The notes: a model not told the origin generated them from the letters alone. A DNA stretch of 64,000 bases from Acidimicrobiia bacterium (GCA_035249605.1 DATFGI010000026.1:2730-66729); one strand, 5' to 3'; positions 1 to 7,204 are shown, counted from the stretch's first letter. Translations and numbers: made by a program.

Positions 1-1
1 T

Positions 2-286
2 GTCACAGTGGTCGGCGATGGGAACGTCGTGAACACAGAGTTCATCGAGCTATCAAGCGCACTCACTGACCTAAGGAAGTCGATAGCGTCGTCAGACCTC
101 GATGACCAGCTCAAGTTGGAGGGACTGGCTGATATCGATGCTCTGAAAAGTCAGCTTCAGAAGCCCGATCCGGACCCGACGATCGTGCAGAAACTATGGG
201 TAGGAATCGAGAAGGTCGCTGGTGTAGCTGGTGTTGTCGATCTTGCCGTCCGAGTCGGTGACCTGCTCCAACCTCTGCTTGGGTGA
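2..286 (+). CDS. hypothetical protein, probably the C-terminal part of a gene starting left of the window
   Basis: The frame is open from nt 2 and ends at TGA 284-286. The track ORF is 8..286. No family was recognised. G+C looks lower than in the core region. Confidence 0.3.
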   Translation, partial: VTVVGDGNVVNTEFIELSSALTDLRKSIASSDLDDQLKLEGLADIDALKSQLQKPDPDPTIVQKLWVGIEKVAGVAGVVDLAVRVGDLLQPLLG

Positions 287-297
287 CCAGGGCTCGA

Positions 298-1416
298 TCA
301 TGCCAGCCCTCTCGAACCCCGGCTGGCCGACTGTCCGAGAAAGCGTCGGGCCAAGCGGTCTGCCGCGGCCCGATCCGCTTCGTCGGTGGCCTGGGCGTAG
401 ACGCCGATAGTGAGTCGTGGGTCAGTATGACCGAGGCGTTTCTGCGCCGTCTTGATGTCGACGCCTTCGACCACAAGTCCGGTGGCATTGGCGCGGCGGA
501 GATCGTGGAACTGAACCCAATCCAACTCCGCTTCGGCTCGGGCTGGATACCAGATCCGATGCAACCAGTTCGAGTAGTCGAGGTGGTCGCTGTCATGCGA
601 TGGGAAGACAAACGCCTGCCGATTTGCGCGAGCGAGGTCGAGCTGCACGAGATGCTCCCCGAGCATCGTGATCAACGCTTGCGGCACGGCAAGGGTGCGC
701 CTGGATGCTTCCGACTTAGGTCTTCCGAGGGCGGATCTGCCCCCCGAGCCGCGTGTGACCTGCTCGACAATCCTGATCGTGTATTCGTCGAAGTCAATCC
801 TGCCGACGCGTAAGCCAGCGCACTCTCCCCAGCGAAGACCCAGGACTGCTCCGAGATAGACCATGGTCCCGTACGGAGGGCCGAGCGCTTCGCTGAGGGC
901 GGCAAGATCCTCAGAGGAGAGGACTGGACGATCGACCGGATCGATGGCTGGAAGTCGGATACCTCGACATGGCGATCGCCCAATTCGGTCATCGAGGACG
1001 GAGGCGTTCAGGATCGCGGCGAGGGTCTGGTAGATCCTTCTGACTGATCGAGGAGCAAGCGACGTGGACCACTCAGTCACGCATCGTTGGACGTCCGAGG
1101 GAGTCAGCGATCCGATTGACCGATCACCGATCGCCGGGAGGATGTGCACCCGGAGGGCCGACTGATCACGAGCAACTGAGGATGGGCGTTTGGCCGGATT
1201 GGAGTCAAGCCAGTCCCCAGCAGCGTCACTCACCTTCTGCTCGGCACGACGGGGATCGAGCCAAGTTCCACGAGCCCTACTTGCCCTCTCGGTGGCTTCG
1301 AATAGGTCGGCTTCGCGCCTCGTCCGGAAGGTCTTCGTGTAGACCCTGCCGGAAGGATCACGCAGCCGAACGTCGTAGCGCCGCTCGCCGCCGCTGGTCA
1401 CTCGAACGCGGATCAA
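298..1416 (-). CDS. int: tyrosine recombinase / phage-type integrase
   Basis: The translation shows the catalytic motifs LGLRWGE (Arg), HDLRRANAT (HxxR) and GHTDPRLTIGVYAQ (Tyr). The TTG at 1416 overlaps the excisionase stop as TTGA. The upstream part of the 482-aa track ORF is Arg/Pro-rich and overlaps xis, so it was discarded. Confidence 0.85.
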   Translation of the reverse strand: MIRVRVTSGGERRYDVRLRDPSGRVYTKTFRTRREADLFEATERASRARGTWLDPRRAEQKVSDAAGDWLDSNPAKRPSSVARDQSALRVHILPAIGDRSIGSLTPSDVQRCVTEWSTSLAPRSVRRIYQTLAAILNASVLDDRIGRSPCRGIRLPAIDPVDRPVLSSEDLAALSEALGPPYGTMVYLGAVLGLRWGECAGLRVGRIDFDEYTIRIVEQVTRGSGGRSALGRPKSEASRRTLAVPQALITMLGEHLVQLDLARANRQAFVFPSHDSDHLDYSNWLHRIWYPARAEAELDWVQFHDLRRANATGLVVEGVDIKTAQKRLGHTDPRLTIGVYAQATDEADRAAADRLARRFLGQSASRGSRGLA

Positions 1417-1670
1417 GCTGGCTCCTGCGGTGCTGTGGACCCGGAGAGTCGCCTCGACAGCTGGGCGACGAAGTCGAGGAGTGCGTCGGCCGGGATTCGA
1501 CGACTGACCCCGATCCTCACCGATCGCAGCTCTCCTGTGCCGATCAGCTCGTAGACCTTGGAGCGTCCGATCGACAACAGCTCGGCGGCTTCCTCGGGTC
1601 GCAGAAGAAGCTTGCCGGTGTTGCCGAGCGGGTCGTGAAGTGTTTCCACGCCTCCATGAGATCGTCCCAC
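1413..1670 (-). CDS. excisionase-family helix-turn-helix DNA-binding protein
   Basis: LLRPEEAAELLSIGRSKVYELIGTGELRSVRIGVSRRIPADAL matches the MerR-like excisionase/AlpA HTH pattern. It sits directly upstream of int and is translationally coupled to it. Confidence 0.7.
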   Translation of the reverse strand: MGRSHGGVETLHDPLGNTGKLLLRPEEAAELLSIGRSKVYELIGTGELRSVRIGVSRRIPADALLDFVAQLSRRLSGSTAPQEPA

Positions 1671-1959
1671 CCTGTCTGCAGAGTGTCACAGACCCTGTCA
1701 CCAGCCCTCCAACTCGGCCAGGGGCATCCGGCTGCCGGTGGGACAAGGCGCTGACACTCGATTGATAGGGCGGGGGGCGAGTGTCATCCCATGTGCTTCA
1801 CCTCCCAGGATTTCTCAGCTGAGGATCCAAATCGCCTCATGCACGATCCGATCAGTCGACACACCTCCACGATTGAGCCGATCGCGCAGTCCCAGCCCGA
1901 GCACACGATTCGCGCCAACCACCCTCCAACTACACACGCACCTGCAACAAGTTGCGGGT

Positions 1960-1975
1960 TGTCTACATGTAGACA
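1960..1975. promoter_or_regulatory. perfect 16-bp palindrome TGTCTACATGTAGACA, candidate operator
   Basis: It lies in the divergent xis / RHH-like intergenic region, immediately 5' of the GGGGAGG Shine-Dalgarno and the ATG at 1988. Confidence 0.35.
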
Positions 1976-1987
1976 GGGGAGGTTCTG

Positions 1988-2107
1988 ATGGACCTCGACC
2001 GTGGCACGCTGGCGAGGCTCGATCGCCACCTGTTGGCTGGGCTCGACCGCGATGAGCGGTTCCAGATGGTGCGCGTCCCGGTGACACCGGCGACCTGGTC
2101 GGCGTAG
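1988..2107 (+). CDS. 39-codon ORF, apparent N-terminal piece of a gene continued in frame at 2108-2512
   Basis: ATG 1988 has a strong SD (GGGGAGG) upstream. The translation is MDLDRGTLARLDRHLLAGLDRDERFQMVRVPVTPATWSA and ends at TAG 2105-2107. It is in the same reading frame as ORF 2138..2512. Confidence 0.4.
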   Translation: MDLDRGTLARLDRHLLAGLDRDERFQMVRVPVTPATWSA

Positions 2108-2137
2108 AAGCGTTACTGCCACATTGCCGGGATCTCA

Positions 2138-2512
2138 ATGGGCCGAGCCATCGCGGCACTCATCGATCACGAGTTGGCCTCGCTGGTCAGGGACGCGAGC
2201 GGCGAGTCCGGGTTGGGGTTTGAGGAACAGGCGCAGCGGCGCCTGGCCGACCACGAGGCAGCGCTGGCCAAGCGAGAGGGCGAGCTCGCTGAAGCTGAGG
2301 ACCGGGTGCGCCGGTGGAGTGAACATCTCCGAGACCGCGAGCATGAGGTGGAGGCCTTCGAATGGCGGTTGGAACTAGAGAAGAAACTGGCGCGCCAGCC
2401 ATCGGGGACTGGGGCGAAGACAGGTCGCAATGAGCGTTGCCCATGCGGGTCTGGCCTCAAATACAAGCAGTGCCACGGCCTGTGCGGGGGGAGCCGGCTC
2501 CGTCCGACCTGA
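2138..2512 (+). CDS. SEC-C motif protein with predicted coiled coil
   Basis: The C-terminal CPCGSGLKYKQCHG (nt 2438-2476) is the SEC-C metal-binding motif, preceded by a Glu/Arg/Ala-rich helical stretch. The start is uncertain because of the in-frame TAG upstream. Confidence 0.6.
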   Translation: MGRAIAALIDHELASLVRDASGESGLGFEEQAQRRLADHEAALAKREGELAEAEDRVRRWSEHLRDREHEVEAFEWRLELEKKLARQPSGTGAKTGRNERCPCGSGLKYKQCHGLCGGSRLRPT

Positions 2513-2622
2513 TGCTCCCTTGCACCGAAAGCCCATTCTCGGACTGAGGGTTCGGTCGACCTCGGGCTATCTGGCGCGCCCGCTGTCTGTCAGATGCCTC
2601 TAAGCGCACGTTTGGTCACCCA

Positions 2623-4053
2623 ATGCTGTCAGATGTGGTTCCTACCCTCTTCCAAATGGAATGGACGGGCACATTTGAGGTACCGGGCAGCGGCGTGAGA
2701 GTGGGCGGCCGACTGACCATTGATTCAGGACAATCGATACTGACGACCTTCGGGAACCTCGCTGGCGTGGATGGTGCACCCGCACCGACTGACCCTCTTC
2801 AGGACGAGGACGTCGAGAAGATCCCAATGGTCTGGGGTGTGTCCGAAGAGGGATCACGGCTGACCCTTCTGGGACTCGTGTCTCTAGGCGGCAATCTCAG
2901 TTGGCCTGGCGAGTGGACTACCCGCCAGCAGTGGATCTGCGAGTGCGCCATTGGCGGGCACATAGAACCCGTAGAGCCTGTGACATTCTCGTCGATCGCG
3001 TTCGGCCTCAGCGACTTGAGCGCTTGGCTCGGCACACCACGACCAGAGGAGAAGCGGACGATCAAGCCGCACCGATTGGATCTGACGGTTGTCACTCATG
3101 AAATTGCTGAGTTTCAGCTCGGCGACGTGACCATTCACTTCGACGGGTCCTTCAGAACGCGATCTGAGTTCGACTCGATCACCGTGGACTATCCAGCTCG
3201 GATCACTGCATCCACGTCCGTTGAGCTGACGTGGCACGAGCTCGTGAACAGGGTCGCCACTCCAATAGAGGTACTTCTTTGGGTGGCCACTGGTCGGTTC
3301 AGTGCTCTAGATGATCTGCGGGTTCGGTTGGACGGCCCGCATCCTGTCTACGAGCGCCTTTGGGTGTCGCTGTTGCAGCCACGCCGTTTTGAAGCTCCAA
3401 CAAGGCGTCTTGTCGGCAATGAACTCCTCTTCAGAGCAGACGAAATCCCCGACGGTTTGGAGGCCGGCCTTCATCGTTGGTTTGAGATCTGGAGCGTCTT
3501 GCGACCATCGTTCGGTCCGGTCATCGCTAGATACAGAGCGCCGTTCTCATACGCCAACGACCGGTTTCATTCTGCCGTCGCCGCTTTGGAGTCCTACTCG
3601 GCAGAGAAGCACGGCAAGCGAACACTCTCGAAGGCTGAGCGAAACCGACGAATCAAGCTAGTTCGAGAGTCCCTTGACAGCTCTGCGCCCGATCTCACCG
3701 ATTGGGTCCTAGAAGCAATTGAGCAAGCCCATTACCACACGTTACGGAGCCGGCTAGAGCGCCTTTTGGATGAGGCAGGACCTATCGGCGAGGCACTTGT
3801 CGACAACGATAGGGAAGGTTTCATCTCGGCCGTAGTCAGGGCACGAGACGCGTATGCACACAGCGCACCGATCGTGGGAGGTGTTGAAGGCGGCGCTGCA
3901 TTGCATTGGGCAGCGGAGGGACTCAACTGGCTGCTCCGGTACTACGCGATGATCGAGATCGGCTTCGAAGAGGAAGAGGTAGCCGAGCGAGTAGTCAAGG
4001 ACTACACCTTCGTCCAGGTCGCTGAACGCCTGAGAGACGCTCTCAATCACTGA
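2623..4053 (+). CDS. HEPN-domain protein with ApeA-like architecture (putative defence/abortive-infection RNase)
   Basis: The C-terminal motif R-D-A-Y-A-H (aa 408-413, nt 3844-3861) fits the HEPN Rx4-6H / R[ND]xxxH signature within a helical C-terminal region. The N-terminus WTGTFEVPGSGVRVGGRLTIDSGQSILTTFGNL resembles the ApeA N-terminal domain as I recall it. An alternative start is ATG 2656. The region looks lower in G+C. Confidence 0.55.
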   Translation: MLSDVVPTLFQMEWTGTFEVPGSGVRVGGRLTIDSGQSILTTFGNLAGVDGAPAPTDPLQDEDVEKIPMVWGVSEEGSRLTLLGLVSLGGNLSWPGEWTTRQQWICECAIGGHIEPVEPVTFSSIAFGLSDLSAWLGTPRPEEKRTIKPHRLDLTVVTHEIAEFQLGDVTIHFDGSFRTRSEFDSITVDYPARITASTSVELTWHELVNRVATPIEVLLWVATGRFSALDDLRVRLDGPHPVYERLWVSLLQPRRFEAPTRRLVGNELLFRADEIPDGLEAGLHRWFEIWSVLRPSFGPVIARYRAPFSYANDRFHSAVAALESYSAEKHGKRTLSKAERNRRIKLVRESLDSSAPDLTDWVLEAIEQAHYHTLRSRLERLLDEAGPIGEALVDNDREGFISAVVRARDAYAHSAPIVGGVEGGAALHWAAEGLNWLLRYYAMIEIGFEEEEVAERVVKDYTFVQVAERLRDALNH

Positions 4054-4166
4054 TTGGTATGTCTAAGGGCTGGGTCGGCTTCTCCAGTGCCCACTCATGG
4101 CAAGGCATCGTTTCGCAATTCGACATCGTGCGCCGTCGGTGCCGTCTCGGGGATCATCGCAACTGT

Positions 4167-5753
4167 TCAGCCGGCGCTCAGCACATAGTGGGATTCAGGG
4201 ATGAGCTCACCGAGCGGCGTCATGGAACCGTCTCCGGTCGAGACCACGGTGACCGCCGCGTTTTCCACGATCACTACCCACACATCGGATGGGGACCATG
4301 AGGCCACATGGGGCCCTTCTTCGAACTCGTAGATCGTTGTCGATCTGCCACCCGGCGTTACCAGAATCAGTCCTCCGGAGCTGATTTCGCCTTTATCGGG
4401 TTCGTCAATGAGCTGCACCAGGTATTGGGTGGTCCCTGTTCGCATTGGAGGTGAGGTGGCTGGAATCTTGGGACCTCCGACTGCGGCCCACTCTCCCTCG
4501 CCTGGTCTGTCGATCTCGACGGGATCGCCAAGCTCGGTGTTGGTGACGACCAACGATCCGTCGGGGCGTTCTACGGCTACGCCTTCCCATCCGACCGAAA
4601 GCGCGGTTCCGATGATCTCGCCTATCGCCGATCCTTCCATGCCAACGACGATCGTGCGAGGCTCCGGCTCGTCGCTGATGAGCACGATGCCGTCGACATT
4701 GGTGCCTACCGGATGCCAGGATCCGTCGATCTCGGTCGTCATGACACGGCTGAGTTCGAAGCCGACCACGTTGACGAGTTCGACGAGGGTCGGTTGGTTG
4801 TCGAAGCCAGGTTGAATGAGCCACGTGTGGTCGCCATCGGGCGCTGGAAGGACTTCCAACGTGGGGGAAATCCCCTGAACTTCTCGTAGTGGTTCCGGCT
4901 GGTAGATGAGCGGGTCGGCGTCGATCGGCCAGTAGGTGGAGATGGTTCCGTTGGCCCACAGATGGGTGAACCCGTTCCCGCCGCTTGCTCCATCGATCGC
5001 GTCTGTCGGCGCTTCGTATTGGCCGGGGTCGTACTGATGGACAGTTCCTGCCACGAAGTCGACTACCGCCACTGACCGTTGGTTGGGGTTGACCGCAATC
5101 AGCTGGAGGCCGATCGGCTGCGGAGGTGAGAATCTGCTCACCAGCGTCTCGTCCACTTCCAGTCCCTCTCCAGGCGCGACGGTGATGGACGAACCCGGAT
5201 TGAACGCCGCCGCTTCTCCTACCTGGACGCAGGCCTCTGGAAAAGGCTCCAGCCCCAGGCCACTCGTAGAGGTGTCCGCGTCGACATATCCGCCACCGCC
5301 TTCTACTCGGTCACCTGTGACCACGACCTGACCTCCCGACAGCACGATCCCCGGCGGGTTGGCTTGCGGTGTGGTATCGACCGGCCAGATCACGGGATAG
5401 CGAGCGCCGCTCGGATCGGACAGCCAAACACAACCAGTCTCCTGGTCGATCTCGACAATCCCGGAGACGATGGCACCCATGCCGCCGCCTGGATCAGATG
5501 TGTGAGCGCGGAAGCCTGCAAGCTGACCTGATTGAACCGGTGGGGCGTCGTTGCGGACCAGTCCGATCCCCACGAATACGAGGACGAGCGCGACTGCGGC
5601 AGCCAGAGCCCAGCCATACCGAGGACGACGGGGAGACTGAGACAACCCATACGTGGGAACCTGACTCGAAGGGAGCTCGGTTCGATCGACCACGACCTCA
5701 AAGGATCGGCGGAAGGCCGCCGCCACATCATCAGTCGGCATTGACGTGCTCAT
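4167..5753 (-). CDS. membrane-anchored protein with a large beta-rich extracytoplasmic domain, putative anti-sigma factor
   Basis: A short cytoplasmic N-terminus is followed by one TM helix (WALAAAVALVLVFVGIGLV) and about 450 aa of Gly/Val/Pro/Asp-rich sequence. Its start overlaps the 3' end of the ECF sigma gene (ATG 5753 or 5741). Confidence 0.45.
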   Translation of the reverse strand: MSTSMPTDDVAAAFRRSFEVVVDRTELPSSQVPTYGLSQSPRRPRYGWALAAAVALVLVFVGIGLVRNDAPPVQSGQLAGFRAHTSDPGGGMGAIVSGIVEIDQETGCVWLSDPSGARYPVIWPVDTTPQANPPGIVLSGGQVVVTGDRVEGGGGYVDADTSTSGLGLEPFPEACVQVGEAAAFNPGSSITVAPGEGLEVDETLVSRFSPPQPIGLQLIAVNPNQRSVAVVDFVAGTVHQYDPGQYEAPTDAIDGASGGNGFTHLWANGTISTYWPIDADPLIYQPEPLREVQGISPTLEVLPAPDGDHTWLIQPGFDNQPTLVELVNVVGFELSRVMTTEIDGSWHPVGTNVDGIVLISDEPEPRTIVVGMEGSAIGEIIGTALSVGWEGVAVERPDGSLVVTNTELGDPVEIDRPGEGEWAAVGGPKIPATSPPMRTGTTQYLVQLIDEPDKGEISSGGLILVTPGGRSTTIYEFEEGPHVASWSPSDVWVVIVENAAVTVVSTGDGSMTPLGELIPESHYVLSAG

Positions 5754-6192
5754 TCAGAACTCCTTCCAACTTGGTCCGCGCCAAGTGCAAATACCTCTTC
5801 ACGGTGCCGGGTCGCACACCCATCATCTCCGCCGCCTCGGCAACGCTCATGTCGGCCCAGTACACGAAGTAAGTCGCCGCTCGCTGTCCCATCGGCAGCG
5901 AAAGCACCGCCTCGAGAACCTCCGGTTGAGGCTCAGAAGGCGGCGGGCCTGGCAGGTCCACGAGCCCCAAGACCGTCCGGTCCCTTCCACGCCTGGTCTT
6001 GCACTCATTGAGAACCGCCCGAAACAAGTAGCGACGGGCGTCCTCTAGATCCTCCAACCGTCGCCGGTCCAGTACGCGGAGAAATACGGTCGAGACGACA
6101 TCCTCAGCATCGGACGGACCGACCAACACACCGGCAAAGCGAGTGAGGTCGTCCTTGGACTTCAGCCAGATCTCGGCTTCCTTCACGTTCAT
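5731..6192 (-). CDS. ECF-type RNA polymerase sigma-70 family factor
   Basis: Region 2 reads DAEDVVSTVFLRVLDRRR...ARRYLFRAVLNEC. Region 4 HTH reads MSVAEAAEMMGVRPGTVKRYLHLARTKL. I chose ATG 6192 (MNVKEAE...) rather than the track start at 6288. Confidence 0.8.
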   Translation of the reverse strand: MNVKEAEIWLKSKDDLTRFAGVLVGPSDAEDVVSTVFLRVLDRRRLEDLEDARRYLFRAVLNECKTRRGRDRTVLGLVDLPGPPPSEPQPEVLEAVLSLPMGQRAATYFVYWADMSVAEAAEMMGVRPGTVKRYLHLARTKLEGVLNEHVNAD

Positions 6193-6373
6193 CCACTCAG
6201 CAGACGCCAACACGGTTGCACGCGACCCAGAGAAATCCAGCCGAAACAAAACCCACCAGACCAATAACAATCGTGCGAGGAGTTGCACTAGCAGGATTGG
6301 ACATCCGTCTCGAACCGCGGACAGCCAGGCATTGGTTCCATTCGCGGTTATTACGTATTACGATATTGCGGAT

Positions 6374-6637
6374 GTGGAGATCCATCGATCGGCTCGCAAG
6401 CACGGTGTCTCAGATGCCGCCATCCTCCACGCCCTCGACCATGTTCTCACCGTCATCGACCTGGAGCCCGACGCCGATCCACCCAAGGTCCTTGCGATCG
6501 GACCCGACCACGCCGGCAATCTGCTGGAGGTCATCTGGCTCGAGCTCGCCGACGATGCCAACCTCGTGATCCACGCGATGCCTCTTCGCCCGACCTTCTA
6601 TGACCTGCTCCCACAAACCAGGGAGGACATGCCATGA
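6374..6637 (+). CDS. small toxin-like protein (BrnT/DUF497-like?)
   Basis: The sequence VEIHRSARKHGVSDAAILHAL...LLEVIWLE...LVIHAMPLRPTF has a KHG motif and a late hydrophobic-HAMP-R segment reminiscent of BrnT. It sits upstream of an RHH gene with an ATGA overlap. The GTG 6374 start is uncertain. Confidence 0.4.
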   Translation: MEIHRSARKHGVSDAAILHALDHVLTVIDLEPDADPPKVLAIGPDHAGNLLEVIWLELADDANLVIHAMPLRPTFYDLLPQTREDMP

Positions 6638-6915
6638 CCGAACCGACGACTCATCGCACCCGCAGTGGCCGCACCTTGACCGACGAAGAGATCGACGCCC
6701 TCTCCACCGAGGTCGCCGAAACCGATTACGACGTCGAAGCACTCAAGACCCGGCGGCGGGGTCGACCTTCGATGGGATCGGGGCCTGCTGACGTCGTCCC
6801 GGTCCGGATCGACCCGGAGTTGCGGGCCGCGATCGAGGCCCGCGCCGAAGCCGAGCAGACGACGACCAGCGAGATCATCCGCGAGGCGATCCGCAGATTC
6901 CTCGAGGTCGCTTGA
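6634..6915 (+). CDS. ribbon-helix-helix (CopG-family) antitoxin-like protein
   Basis: The C-terminal VPVRIDPELRAAIEARAEAEQTTTSEIIREAIRRFLE is a typical RHH fold pattern. It overlaps the preceding gene by 4 nt. Confidence 0.6.
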   Translation: MTEPTTHRTRSGRTLTDEEIDALSTEVAETDYDVEALKTRRRGRPSMGSGPADVVPVRIDPELRAAIEARAEAEQTTTSEIIREAIRRFLEVA

Positions 6916-6935
6916 CGGCAGCCATCTGCGCTCCG

Positions 6936-6980
6936 TCGCGCGTCCATCGCGCGTCCGCAGACATCCGCACCAGTCCGCAG
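6936..6980 (+). repeat. phased short direct repeats (possible integrase/excisionase arm-type sites)
   Basis: TCGCGCGTCC occurs at 6936-6945 and 6947-6956 (11-nt period). (G/A)TCCGCA(G/C) occurs at 6953, 6963 and 6973 (10-nt period). The repeats lie 70-110 nt 5' of the tRNA fragment. Confidence 0.35.
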
Positions 6981-7048
6981 GCGTTGCCGCATCGTTCTGA
7001 CCTGGGGTTTCTGTCCACACCGGTCCGCCCCAATCCTTGCCGGGAGAC

Positions 7049-7090
7049 TTCGGGACGCTGAGGTCGTGGGTTCGAATCCCGCCGTCCCGA
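7049..7090 (+). other. orphan 3' half of a tRNA-Pro(CGG)-like gene, putative attR core
   Basis: Readable elements are the anticodon loop TTCGGGA (7049-7055), a 3' anticodon-stem strand CGCTG, the variable loop AGGTC, the T-arm GTGGG/TTCGAAT/CCCGC (7066-7082), the acceptor 3' strand CGTCCCG and discriminator A (7090). The G72/A73 pattern is typical of bacterial tRNA-Pro. The upstream sequence cannot pair to form the anticodon stem, D-arm or acceptor stem. Confidence 0.6.
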
Positions 7091-7204
7091 CTCAGAAGGT
7101 GTTGGTCAGGGCCATCTCAACAGGTAGCCGTCCGCGCCTTCGGTCCGCACTCGCCGCATACCCTGAGCTGGTGTTCGGTCCGCACCAGTCGCTGGCGCAG
7201 GGGC

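Larger units (their letters stand above)
1..7090. mobile_element. putative integrated genomic island / degenerate integrative element (left boundary lies outside the window)
   Basis: Integrase and excisionase lie at 298-1670. The cargo is accessory: HEPN protein, ECF sigma pair, toxin-antitoxin-like pair. Some stretches (1-300, about 2500-4160) look lower in G+C than the rest by eye. An orphan 3' tRNA fragment at 7049-7090 fits an attR direct repeat. Confidence 0.6.

Noticed and set aside
298-1746. Full 482-aa integrase ORF from the track
   Set aside because: The first ~110 codons are Arg/Pro/Ser-rich, have no recombinase similarity and overlap the excisionase gene in another frame. The TTG at 1416 forms a TTGA overlap with the xis stop.
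1671-1959. Small ORFs (for example 1791-1988, 1738-2055) in the xis / RHH-like intergenic region
   Set aside because: They have no SD, overlap one another in several frames and have Pro/Ser/Arg-rich composition. The region is more plausibly a divergent promoter.
7013-7090. Possible intact tRNA gene ending at 7090
   Set aside because: Only the anticodon loop, variable loop, T-arm and 3' acceptor strand are readable. The candidate 5' acceptor strand CGGTCCG (7021-7027) gives 5/7 pairs with two internal mismatches. No D-arm with GG is present, and GAGAC (7044-7048) cannot pair with CGCTG. It was therefore called a fragment.
7037-7204. N-terminal 56-codon extension of the arginase-family ORF
   Set aside because: It would be translated through the tRNA fragment, and the sequence (MPGDFGTLRSWVRIPPSRLRRCW...) is tRNA-derived junk. 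ATG 7205 gives a family-typical N-terminus.
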